A DNA stretch of 64,000 bases from Actinomycetes bacterium (GTDB lineage Bacteria > Actinomycetota > Acidimicrobiia > Acidimicrobiales > JABEUL01). A program made the translations under genes and the position numbers. Numbering within the stretch: position 1 is the first letter of the stretch; every line of letters starts with the position of its first letter. Positions 8,820 through 16,731 of the stretch are shown piece after piece. The stretch spans positions 7,524 to 71,523 of the forward strand of contig JAJYFT010000004.1 of assembly GCA_021790815.1 (NCBI GenBank), in the 5' to 3' direction. Below the pieces are notes generated by a model, which was not told the DNA's origin, searched no databases, and was given only the letters and a program-made list of their open reading frames with translations.

Positions 8820-10049
8820 TTATAAGTCATCTATTTGGTCAAACTCTGCACCATCAAACTGAATCCTTGCGATCCAAAGTCCAGGAGCATCAATTTCACT
8901 TGCAGTAGGAAGTCCATTTTCCAAATTTAGTAAATATTTCACTCCACTGCTACCCACTCTTTCAATAACGCCATTGATAAATTCCCTACCTAAGTCCACT
9001 GAAAGTTGATCCATTTGAAATCCAAAAAGAGTCTCGGCAAACTTCTCAGTTTCCCCTCTTTCCAGCCTGCGCCTCATTAAAGCTTCATGTATCTCGCCAC
9101 TGTCTCCAATTGTCATCTTCCCAACTTCATTTGTCAGGAATTGAATCAGCCCTTCGGCGGCAGCGACTAAAGCTTTCAAATTTTGTTCAGCTTCCACATG
9201 TTCGTCTGATGGTTCAAAATCAACAAGCCTAGACGGATCCATAAGCATCGATTCCAAATTTTCAGGATTCGACAGATCAATATCTTGGAAAGATTGGTTG
9301 AGCCGGTCTGAATCTAACTGCAACCCTTTTACGTAGGACTTAAGAAGAGAATTAAACCTTGCATTCAATACAGGCGAGGTCATAACTAGCGTCGCAAAAA
9401 TTTCACGTGTTACTACGTACATTTCCAATTGAGGAAGATCTAGACTCCACTCTTCGGCAAATCTGGCGACATTTGACCCAGCGAGCGCAACTTCATGCTG
9501 ATTCTCTCTTGGGAGTAGAAGATCATAATTCCCAAAAGATGTCTCAGCTAAATGGCCGATAAGAGATCCAAACTGCATCGCAAGCATAGTTGGGGCAACG
9601 GATTCTAGGAGACGGGAAAACATCGCCGCCATGCTTTCTGGATTTGAAAAATCAAGTTCAGTAGAGCTTAGTTCCCCTAATTTTTGGAACTCCTGACTCG
9701 GTTGAGGAATTACCACATTTTCAAAAATCGGCTTTAAGTGTTTGATTGATTTTTGAACCCACTCTGAGCGTGTTATAACCTCAAATTTATCCAAAACTCT
9801 TAGATCAGTTCTTAATCCTAATTCTTCTACTAGTCCGACAGATCGGTCATATGATATCCGATAGATGCTTTCCAAATCTATTCTTAGATTTGGATCTACA
9901 TTTTTCCCTTCTTCAAATTTTTGAATAACTGAAACTGCCATTTGTTCTGCAACTGACCAGTTAACGGGACCACTCGAAGACATCATTCCAATAAGGTCTT
10001 GGAAAAACTGAGGCATAAAACCAAAAGAGGGAAACTGTTGAAACGTCAC
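8820..10049 (-). CDS. Zincin-like 'zinc-dependent metalloprotease' family protein (DUF2342-like), metal motif eroded
   Basis: GPVNW, TRSEWV, FGNYDLLLP and LPTASEIDAPGLWIAR family motifs. The HExxH position reads REIFA. Confidence 0.8.
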   Translation of the reverse strand: MTFQQFPSFGFMPQFFQDLIGMMSSSGPVNWSVAEQMAVSVIQKFEEGKNVDPNLRIDLESIYRISYDRSVGLVEELGLRTDLRVLDKFEVITRSEWVQKSIKHLKPIFENVVIPQPSQEFQKLGELSSTELDFSNPESMAAMFSRLLESVAPTMLAMQFGSLIGHLAETSFGNYDLLLPRENQHEVALAGSNVARFAEEWSLDLPQLEMYVVTREIFATLVMTSPVLNARFNSLLKSYVKGLQLDSDRLNQSFQDIDLSNPENLESMLMDPSRLVDFEPSDEHVEAEQNLKALVAAAEGLIQFLTNEVGKMTIGDSGEIHEALMRRRLERGETEKFAETLFGFQMDQLSVDLGREFINGVIERVGSSGVKYLLNLENGLPTASEIDAPGLWIARIQFDGAEFDQIDDL

Positions 10050-10077
10050 AATATATTATGCTAATTCACTTTTTATA

Positions 10078-11268
10078 TTAAGAAGACAATTTTATGGACA
10101 ATGTCATAGTTTTACCTTGTCTTATCACAGTAATCGGAACTGAAACTCCGCTTTTAAGAGTGTACATGTATACCTGAAGACTTTCTAAATTAGGTATTAT
10201 CTGTCCGTTAACGTTTATAAGTATGTCTCCCACCTGTACTCCAGCTAACGCAGCTGGGCCATTTGAATCGACTTCAGAAATGAGCACACCACTACTGCCA
10301 CTATCTTGACCTTCAATGCCGATCCAACCGTGATCAACTTTTCCGCTTTGGACAATGTCATTGACAATAACTGGTGCCAAAAAGTACGATGCATAAAGTA
10401 ACTGGTTTTCAAAAGAGTTTTGAAGAATACCAACAGCAATTCCAAGAAGGTTTCCTGCTCCGTCGACTAAAACTGCTCCGTCTTTACATCCACTTACACT
10501 GGCATCTGTCACTATTCCGTCAAGCAACACCGAACCAGAATTAGTTTGGGCCGAAACGCCTACTCCATCCACGCTGCCAATTGAAATACTTGCATTTTTT
10601 GTCCCAAACGGTAAACAGATCGATGCTGCTATCTCGCCAGTTCTACCGTCACCATCTGGAGCAAAACCTGCAGTTGATAGGCCTTTTTTCGAAACTCTTA
10701 AAACCGAAAAGCCTGATCCGCTATCACTTCCCAACAACACAGCATCTTGGATGGTTCCATCATTAAAACTTACTTGAAAGCTTGAAAATCCGGGCCCGAT
10801 AGTAGTAGGTGCAAGAATTATACCATTTGACTTAACTATTACCCCTGTTGCAAAAGAAACACCTTTAGAATTCGACGCTTTTATTCCAACAATTGAAGGC
10901 ATCAAATTAGTGACCATTCTCTGAAACCCTGGCGATAGTGACGGTTTCAAGATACCAACATTTTCCTGATCAGAAATTTTTAGAACTGACGATGTCGTTA
11001 CATTCTTCATAAATGCGGCAGTAGATACACCTCTATTGCCACCAAAAATGTTTGTCACATAGCCAAAAAACCCTAGCCCAATAGCCATCACTGAAAATAC
11101 GACCAAGTAAGGAGTATACCTCTTTGACCTGCCCAAATGGTGTGCTGGAGCTATGCTGGATCCAACTTCAGACGGATGCCGCCATAGCCTGTCCTCTTTG
11201 GAGAGAAACAGACTTGAATTGTTCTCACTTAAGAACTCGTCTCCACTTTCAATTTCATCAAAATCCAC
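10078..11268 (-). CDS. HtrA-like trypsin/PDZ protein lacking the catalytic triad
   Basis: TM helix, PSIVGI..ATGVIVKSNG, TDA..GAVLVD.AGNLLGI and a PDZ domain (GWIGI, GPAALAGVQVGD). The His/Asp/Ser positions are substituted. Confidence 0.8.
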   Translation of the reverse strand: MDFDEIESGDEFLSENNSSLFLSKEDRLWRHPSEVGSSIAPAHHLGRSKRYTPYLVVFSVMAIGLGFFGYVTNIFGGNRGVSTAAFMKNVTTSSVLKISDQENVGILKPSLSPGFQRMVTNLMPSIVGIKASNSKGVSFATGVIVKSNGIILAPTTIGPGFSSFQVSFNDGTIQDAVLLGSDSGSGFSVLRVSKKGLSTAGFAPDGDGRTGEIAASICLPFGTKNASISIGSVDGVGVSAQTNSGSVLLDGIVTDASVSGCKDGAVLVDGAGNLLGIAVGILQNSFENQLLYASYFLAPVIVNDIVQSGKVDHGWIGIEGQDSGSSGVLISEVDSNGPAALAGVQVGDILINVNGQIIPNLESLQVYMYTLKSGVSVPITVIRQGKTMTLSIKLSS

Positions 11269-11329
11269 TAATTTGAAGATTAGCTAAATTTGTAGACAAA
11301 TGTAGGTCAGGCTGGTTTAGCATTGGTAT

Positions 11330-11634
11330 GTGACAATAACTGGATCGCAAGCCGATAACTTTAGTTGTGGGCCAATGGCCAATCGAGGCATTGCCCCCAC
11401 ATACGCAAATGACATAATAAAAGTGCCCGATGTCGCGGCAACTTGCTTACCCCAGAGCCTGGGGCAAGCCTCTAGGCTCGGCCGAACTACGCAGGTAAAG
11501 TCATCTGGTTCTCTTGTGCTGCGGGCCGATCGCGAACCGAGCACTTCCAAAAGGAAGTGTCTAAGTCTTAGTTCTTGCAAACGTGGCGAGTCTGAGTTAG
11601 ATCGTTCAGCTAGCCGGGGATCCCACGGCTTTTT
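11330..11634 (+). ncRNA. Candidate structured non-coding RNA or long leader, family not recognised
   Basis: 54% GC (168/310 over 11341-11650, hand count) in an AT-rich genome, with at least 6 hairpins. A -10-like TAGCAT lies at 11318-11323 and a hairpin plus T-run at 11612-11634. Confidence 0.5.
11612..11634 (+). terminator. Possible intrinsic terminator upstream of mreB
   Basis: AGCCG-GG-gatc-CC-a-CGGCT stem followed by a T-run (11630-11634). Confidence 0.4.
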
Positions 11635-11675
11635 CCACTGGGGGGATGCTAAAAAAACAGTTAACTTGGATATAA

Positions 11676-12680
11676 ATGTCTCGTGATTTAGCAATTGACT
11701 TAGGAACTGCAAATACCCTCGTTTATCAACAAGGAAGAGGGATAGTTCTAAACGAGCCATCAGTAATTGCAGTTAACACGAAAACTAACCAAGTTTTAGC
11801 CATTGGTCATCAAGCTTGGGAAATGATTGGCAGAACACCTGGATATATTGTCGCTTTGAGACCACTTAGGTCTGGCGCTATTACAGACTTTGATATTACA
11901 GAAAAAATGATCGAACTTTTACTCCAGAAAGTTGGTGTTGGACGATTTAATAAACCAAGAGTAGTTATTTGCGTGCCTTCAGTGATTACAGAGGTAGAGC
12001 GTCGTGCTGTCGAAGAAGCCACAAAAAAGGCTGGGGCTTCAGAAGTTTACCTAGTCGAACAACCTATGGCGGCTGCAATTGGTGCAGGTTTGCCAGTTTC
12101 TGAGCCAATTGGGTCGATGATCATTGATATTGGCGGTGGCACTACCGAGACAGCAATTATTTCACTTGGTGGCATAGTTACAATTGAAGCAATCAGGGTA
12201 GGGGGGTTTGAAATCGACAACGCAGTGCAGTCTTACATCCGAAAAGAGTATGGCATCGCAATAGGTGAAAGAACTGCCGAGGACATAAAAATTGCAATTG
12301 GCTCTGCCTCCTCTAACAGTAAACCAATTAGGGCAGAAGTCAGAGGACGTGATATTTTAAGTGGGCTGCCAAGAGTAATTGAAATTTCAAGGAGAGAAGT
12401 AAACTTCGCAATTGAAGACCAGGTTCAGAATATGGTCGACGCTGTAAAAACCTGCTTAGCTAACTCTCCCCCAGATTTAGGTCAAGACCTAATCTCAGAA
12501 GGTATTTTCCTGACCGGAGGTGGTGGACTACTCGATGGAATGGCTGAAAGACTAGCTTTTGAAACTATGCTTCCGATACAAATTGTGGACAATCCATTAG
12601 AATGCGTGGTGCTTGGGGCAGGCGAATTCCTTAAGTCTCTTGACGACCTCAAACGATATATCTCGAGTAAAAAACGGTAG
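11676..12680 (+). CDS. mreB: Rod shape-determining actin homologue MreB/Mbl (solo)
   Basis: AIDLGTANT, LNEPSV, EQPMAAAIGAG, DIGGGTT and LTGGGGLL motifs. Confidence 0.95.
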   Translation: MSRDLAIDLGTANTLVYQQGRGIVLNEPSVIAVNTKTNQVLAIGHQAWEMIGRTPGYIVALRPLRSGAITDFDITEKMIELLLQKVGVGRFNKPRVVICVPSVITEVERRAVEEATKKAGASEVYLVEQPMAAAIGAGLPVSEPIGSMIIDIGGGTTETAIISLGGIVTIEAIRVGGFEIDNAVQSYIRKEYGIAIGERTAEDIKIAIGSASSNSKPIRAEVRGRDILSGLPRVIEISRREVNFAIEDQVQNMVDAVKTCLANSPPDLGQDLISEGIFLTGGGGLLDGMAERLAFETMLPIQIVDNPLECVVLGAGEFLKSLDDLKRYISSKKR

Positions 12681-12683
12681 GGC

Positions 12684-13352
12684 TTAATCTTTTAAAAGAT
12701 CCTCAGCTGCTTGTCTTGTTTGCCAATCTTTATCTTGCGCGGCCATTATTAAGGCTTTTTCTACGTTTGAACCTGTATATGTAGCTAACGCCAGGACTGC
12801 CCTCCTTCTAACCTTGGGCTTATCGTTAGCTGCGTGTGAAATAACTGTGTCTAAGCCGCTATATTCGCCGGTAAGTCCAAAAACTCCTAGCGTTGCTACA
12901 CCTGCCTCTCTTACTCTGTAATCAGAAGCATTGTCTACTAAGTCACACACTACTTTTACAAAATCCGCAAATTGTATGCATCCACCACTAGTTGAATACT
13001 CTTGTTCAACTAAATCAGATAACGCAATTAGCCCATATACATTGACCAATGGATCGGCATCTTGGAGTGACTTTGCAATTAGGCAATTTAGAATTTGATT
13101 ATTTTTCGACAAATCAATATCACAAATATTTTTTAAATTCTCTAATGTTCTAATTTTTACCTTACTTCGTGGAACTTCAAAAAACTGTTTTGCCAGGTTA
13201 AGCGTTAATTTATTATGCCTTGCCAAACCAGAAATTAATGAAAGTTGAACCCCCTCACTATTACTCGACAAATAGAATTCCAGGTCTGAAGTTGATCCAA
13301 TATGGCCTAAAATTCCTACTTTTCGTCTTGATGATACTAAATCTTCAGCCAA
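12684..13352 (-). CDS. HEAT/PBS-lyase-like repeat protein
   Basis: Repeats such as DADPLVNVYGLIALS, DYRVREAGVATLG, DKPKVRRRAVLAL and DKDWQTRQAAEDL. Confidence 0.78.
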   Translation of the reverse strand: MAEDLVSSRRKVGILGHIGSTSDLEFYLSSNSEGVQLSLISGLARHNKLTLNLAKQFFEVPRSKVKIRTLENLKNICDIDLSKNNQILNCLIAKSLQDADPLVNVYGLIALSDLVEQEYSTSGGCIQFADFVKVVCDLVDNASDYRVREAGVATLGVFGLTGEYSGLDTVISHAANDKPKVRRRAVLALATYTGSNVEKALIMAAQDKDWQTRQAAEDLLKD

Positions 13353-14576
13353 ATGCGCAATACTCTTTTAGTGGATAATTTTCAAATACACGATGGACTA
13401 GAGAATGAAGAAGAAACTGAAAACGCTAAAGAGCATCTGCAGGGCATTGACGCAAAAGGGGGCGAAACAGTTGACGAAAATACCGAGATCGAACCAACAG
13501 GCAAAAAGTCGCGAGCTAAAATTGGTAAAAATCGAAAACGTTCATCTCGATTCTCTAGAGTTTTTTTAATATGCTTTGTCATTTTGGGGGGTTTAATAGC
13601 ATTTTCTTTTGATTATCACCTTCCATACTACGCTCTCAAGCCAGGTGCTGCTGTGCCAACAAATAACCTTATTAACATTTCAGGCGTTAAAACTTCCAAA
13701 ATACAAGGTCAGATAGATTTAGTTTACGTAATTGAATCGAACGTACCGCTCATTGTTTATCCTATAGATAAGTTTTCCTCATCTGTCACTCTGTATAAAT
13801 CAAGCGAAATAGCCTCTACCCCCACTGGCATCCTTTCCCAAAGTGCACTAGATTCTCAAAATGCGTGGTTCCAAAACACCTCACAAATATCTGCTGAGGT
13901 AGCAGCGTTAAGATCCGATGGCTATACCATCAGTTCGGTTAACAATGGAGCTTTAATTGGTTGGATTGACCCAACAGCTCCTGCATCAAAGTTTTTGGCT
14001 TCAGGGGACAAAATAGTCTCAGTTGGTGCCTTTAAAGTTAGCTCAGATGAAGATCTTGTTAAGGCAATACAGTCTTTGAAACCTCACTCAGAAGTTACCA
14101 TTGGATTCGTAACGCCTAACTCAGACAAGACCAACTATCAACGGGTTAAGCTAGCTGCCCAATCCGGATCCTCTTCAAACATTCCTTACTTGGGGGTCGG
14201 ATTAATGCCTGTTTATAGAATTCCACTCAAAATCAGCATAAATGATGTAGTGAATGGAGAATCTCTCGGGGGTCCTTCTGCAGGACTTGCCTATTCGCTA
14301 ACAATTGTAGATATGCTTGAAGGAGGGGATTTAACTAAAGGTGAGAATATCGCTGCAACAGGCACCATAGATTCACACGGAAACGTTGGTCCAATCGGAG
14401 GATTACTTCAAAAAACTATCGCTGTTTTAAATGCTGGTTGTAAGATATTCTTCGTCCCAGAAGGACAAAGTGCGTCAACGTACTCACAAATTTTCAAGCT
14501 GGCGGGAAACAGAATGAAAATTTATAAAGTAGAGACTTTAAATCAAGTACTGAGTATCCTCAAATCAGGTCACTAA
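13353..14576 (+). CDS. PDZ-containing Lon-like (S16, YlbL/SdrC-type) membrane protease; true start may be GTG 13371
   Basis: TM helix, PYYALKPG, PDZ domain, GGPSAGL (Ser) and ATGTID..GNVGPIGGLLQK (Lys). Confidence 0.9.
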   Translation: MRNTLLVDNFQIHDGLENEEETENAKEHLQGIDAKGGETVDENTEIEPTGKKSRAKIGKNRKRSSRFSRVFLICFVILGGLIAFSFDYHLPYYALKPGAAVPTNNLINISGVKTSKIQGQIDLVYVIESNVPLIVYPIDKFSSSVTLYKSSEIASTPTGILSQSALDSQNAWFQNTSQISAEVAALRSDGYTISSVNNGALIGWIDPTAPASKFLASGDKIVSVGAFKVSSDEDLVKAIQSLKPHSEVTIGFVTPNSDKTNYQRVKLAAQSGSSSNIPYLGVGLMPVYRIPLKISINDVVNGESLGGPSAGLAYSLTIVDMLEGGDLTKGENIAATGTIDSHGNVGPIGGLLQKTIAVLNAGCKIFFVPEGQSASTYSQIFKLAGNRMKIYKVETLNQVLSILKSGH

Positions 14577-14595
14577 TCAAGCTATTGTATATAGT

Positions 14596-16722
14596 ATGCC
14601 AGAAGATAGGCTTGTATCCATAAATTCATCTACCTCAATTCATCCAGATTCCTTGATGCGTAAAACTTTTCCCATCCAAAGAAAAGGGTTCGATCCAGAA
14701 GCAGTTACAAAATACTTAGAGCAGATTGCTCAGGAGATGAACCACTTAATTGAGCGTGAAAATAGAACTCGCCAAATGCTTATAGATACCGAAGCTAAAT
14801 TGACTATAAGACCAAGTTTTGATGAAGATACGCTCACTGAGGCATTAGGTCAAGAAACAGCAAGGATACTTTCAAGTGCTAGGGAGGCCTCCCGAGATCT
14901 TCTCGCTAGAACAGGAATCGAAGCGCAAGAACTTAAAGATAAAGCAGAGAGAATTCTCGCAGAGAGAACGGTAGAAGCCGAACAAGTCGCAGCTGAGATA
15001 GTTCAAAAAGCTGAATCTGACGCACAAGCAGTACTAGAGTCTGCTCAAGCTAACTCTCAGATTCTCTCAAACGAAGTCAAAGAACAGTGCAGAGGGATGG
15101 TTAGAGAAGCGCAAGAGGCGAGAGCAAGAATTTTATCTGATCTTGTTCGAAAAAGAAGAACACTAAATAGCCAAGTCGAGCAATTGCAAGCGGCCAAGAA
15201 TTTAATATTTGACACAATGCTTAAAACTAGGTCACAGGTTGATTCGGTAGCAAAAGAACTCGAACACTTAGAGCAGGAAGCAAAGTATAAGGCAGAACAT
15301 GCTGGCCTTGCAGCTACATTAGAAGATGACCCAAGTGAAGAAGAGTTGATCGAAATTGCATCGAAATTACCTCGTTCGGCTGACTTCGAAGCAGGCAACC
15401 AAGATTCACCACAACCTGATACTGATAGACCTGCGAGTTCAGATCCTGCAGCAAATGTGAACACACCAAATCCTACCGAACAAATAGAACACCAGCTCGA
15501 AGCAGAAGTTGGAACTTTTCGTATTCAGGCAGACTCTCAAAATGCTCAAATAAAACCTCTTCCAGTTGAAACAGTCATAGAGGGTTTAAAAAATGAGGAT
15601 AAGCGTGTTGACCTACATGAAAACACTCCACCAGAAATTGATCCATTTGAAATTAAAGCACCTAAGATCGATTTGTCCGATGAACCTCCAGGTGAAGGCA
15701 TAAGAATTTTAGGAATCCAACCCGAAACTGAAAATTTAGAAAGTGTTATTGAAGAAAGCAATCAACCCGATATGACTGTCACAAAAGATAACTCAATTGA
15801 CTCCGTATCTGCAATCTTCAAAAAAATTAAACTCGAATCTTCAGATTTAGAATCTCAAGAATCACCAGGTGTCTTAGAAAGTTCAGCCGTTCAACAGGAG
15901 GATAGCGAAAGCCTCGACAGCAACACGTCAGAATCTAGTAACGAAACGAATACATCTTCGACCTCTAGCAATACTGAGTCAGTTGAACAAACTTTTCCAG
16001 AAACTGACTCCAGTCAAACCGTCGACTCAGGCCATAGTGATAGCGATCTAACCGAGACACTAATCCACAGGCGCAACGAGCTGCTCAATCCAATCGTTGC
16101 AGGACTAGTAAGAAAAATTAAGAGGGTCTTAAGTGATGAGCAAAACGAGCTTTTGGATGGTCTTCGTAGGCTGAAAGGGAAAGTAAGTCTAGAAGAACTC
16201 CTTCCAAAATCAACTCAAGAATCAAAAATTAGTGAAGCAATCAAAACTCTTATACGAGACGGCATGATGCAAGGAAATATTTTCGTTAATGAATTAATAA
16301 GTGGACAAGTACCGAAAATCGATTATAAGGATACAATTGACAAACTTGCTTCTGAGCTATCAGCCGTCCTAACTCAATCACTCAGATCAAAAATTAACTG
16401 GTCTGACCTGCCAGAAACAGAAGACTCTGAAAGCCGGATAATTGACCTTGTCACTTCCGGATATAGAGAGTGGAAAGGAAGCCAGTTGGAAAGTTTCGTT
16501 CTTGACTATGCATTTCAAGCTTTCTCCATTGGTACAGTTTTATGTATCGAAAAAGGTACTAAAGTCAAATGGATACTAGACCCTTCTGAAGGATCGTGCC
16601 CAGACTGTCAGGACAATACATTCGAAGATGGAGTTGAAATTGGAGAGTCTTTCCCCACAGGACAATCCTCTCCCCCTGCTCATTTAGGTTGCCGATGTTT
16701 ACTCATTCCACAATTGCAATAA
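14596..16722 (+). CDS. DivIVA-domain coiled-coil protein with C-terminal phage MuF-like Cys/His domain
   Basis: N-terminal KTFPIQRKGFDPEAVTKYLEQIA (DivIVA motif), a long coiled coil and an acidic disordered linker. The C-terminus reads KWI..CPDC...FPTG..SPPAHLGCRCLLIP. Confidence 0.8.
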   Translation: MPEDRLVSINSSTSIHPDSLMRKTFPIQRKGFDPEAVTKYLEQIAQEMNHLIERENRTRQMLIDTEAKLTIRPSFDEDTLTEALGQETARILSSAREASRDLLARTGIEAQELKDKAERILAERTVEAEQVAAEIVQKAESDAQAVLESAQANSQILSNEVKEQCRGMVREAQEARARILSDLVRKRRTLNSQVEQLQAAKNLIFDTMLKTRSQVDSVAKELEHLEQEAKYKAEHAGLAATLEDDPSEEELIEIASKLPRSADFEAGNQDSPQPDTDRPASSDPAANVNTPNPTEQIEHQLEAEVGTFRIQADSQNAQIKPLPVETVIEGLKNEDKRVDLHENTPPEIDPFEIKAPKIDLSDEPPGEGIRILGIQPETENLESVIEESNQPDMTVTKDNSIDSVSAIFKKIKLESSDLESQESPGVLESSAVQQEDSESLDSNTSESSNETNTSSTSSNTESVEQTFPETDSSQTVDSGHSDSDLTETLIHRRNELLNPIVAGLVRKIKRVLSDEQNELLDGLRRLKGKVSLEELLPKSTQESKISEAIKTLIRDGMMQGNIFVNELISGQVPKIDYKDTIDKLASELSAVLTQSLRSKINWSDLPETEDSESRIIDLVTSGYREWKGSQLESFVLDYAFQAFSIGTVLCIEKGTKVKWILDPSEGSCPDCQDNTFEDGVEIGESFPTGQSSPPAHLGCRCLLIPQLQ

Positions 16723-16731
16723 GCTAGGAAT

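Noticed and set aside
11330-11652. tmRNA, RNase P, SRP or c-di-AMP riboswitch identity for the structured element
   Set aside because: No tRNA-like ends or AA-terminating tag, no GAGGAAAGUCC, no SRP loop, and no riboswitch consensus found on either strand.
11330-11686. 118-aa plus-strand ORF (and 147-aa minus-strand ORF 11317-11760) as protein genes
   Set aside because: No recognisable domain, composition unlike the genome's genes, and open frames are expected in a GC-rich patch. Not fully excluded, because the GTG sits at a leaderless-type position.
14596-16722. Prophage inferred from the MuF-like domain
   Set aside because: No integrase, terminase, portal, capsid or tail genes. The flanks are core genes.
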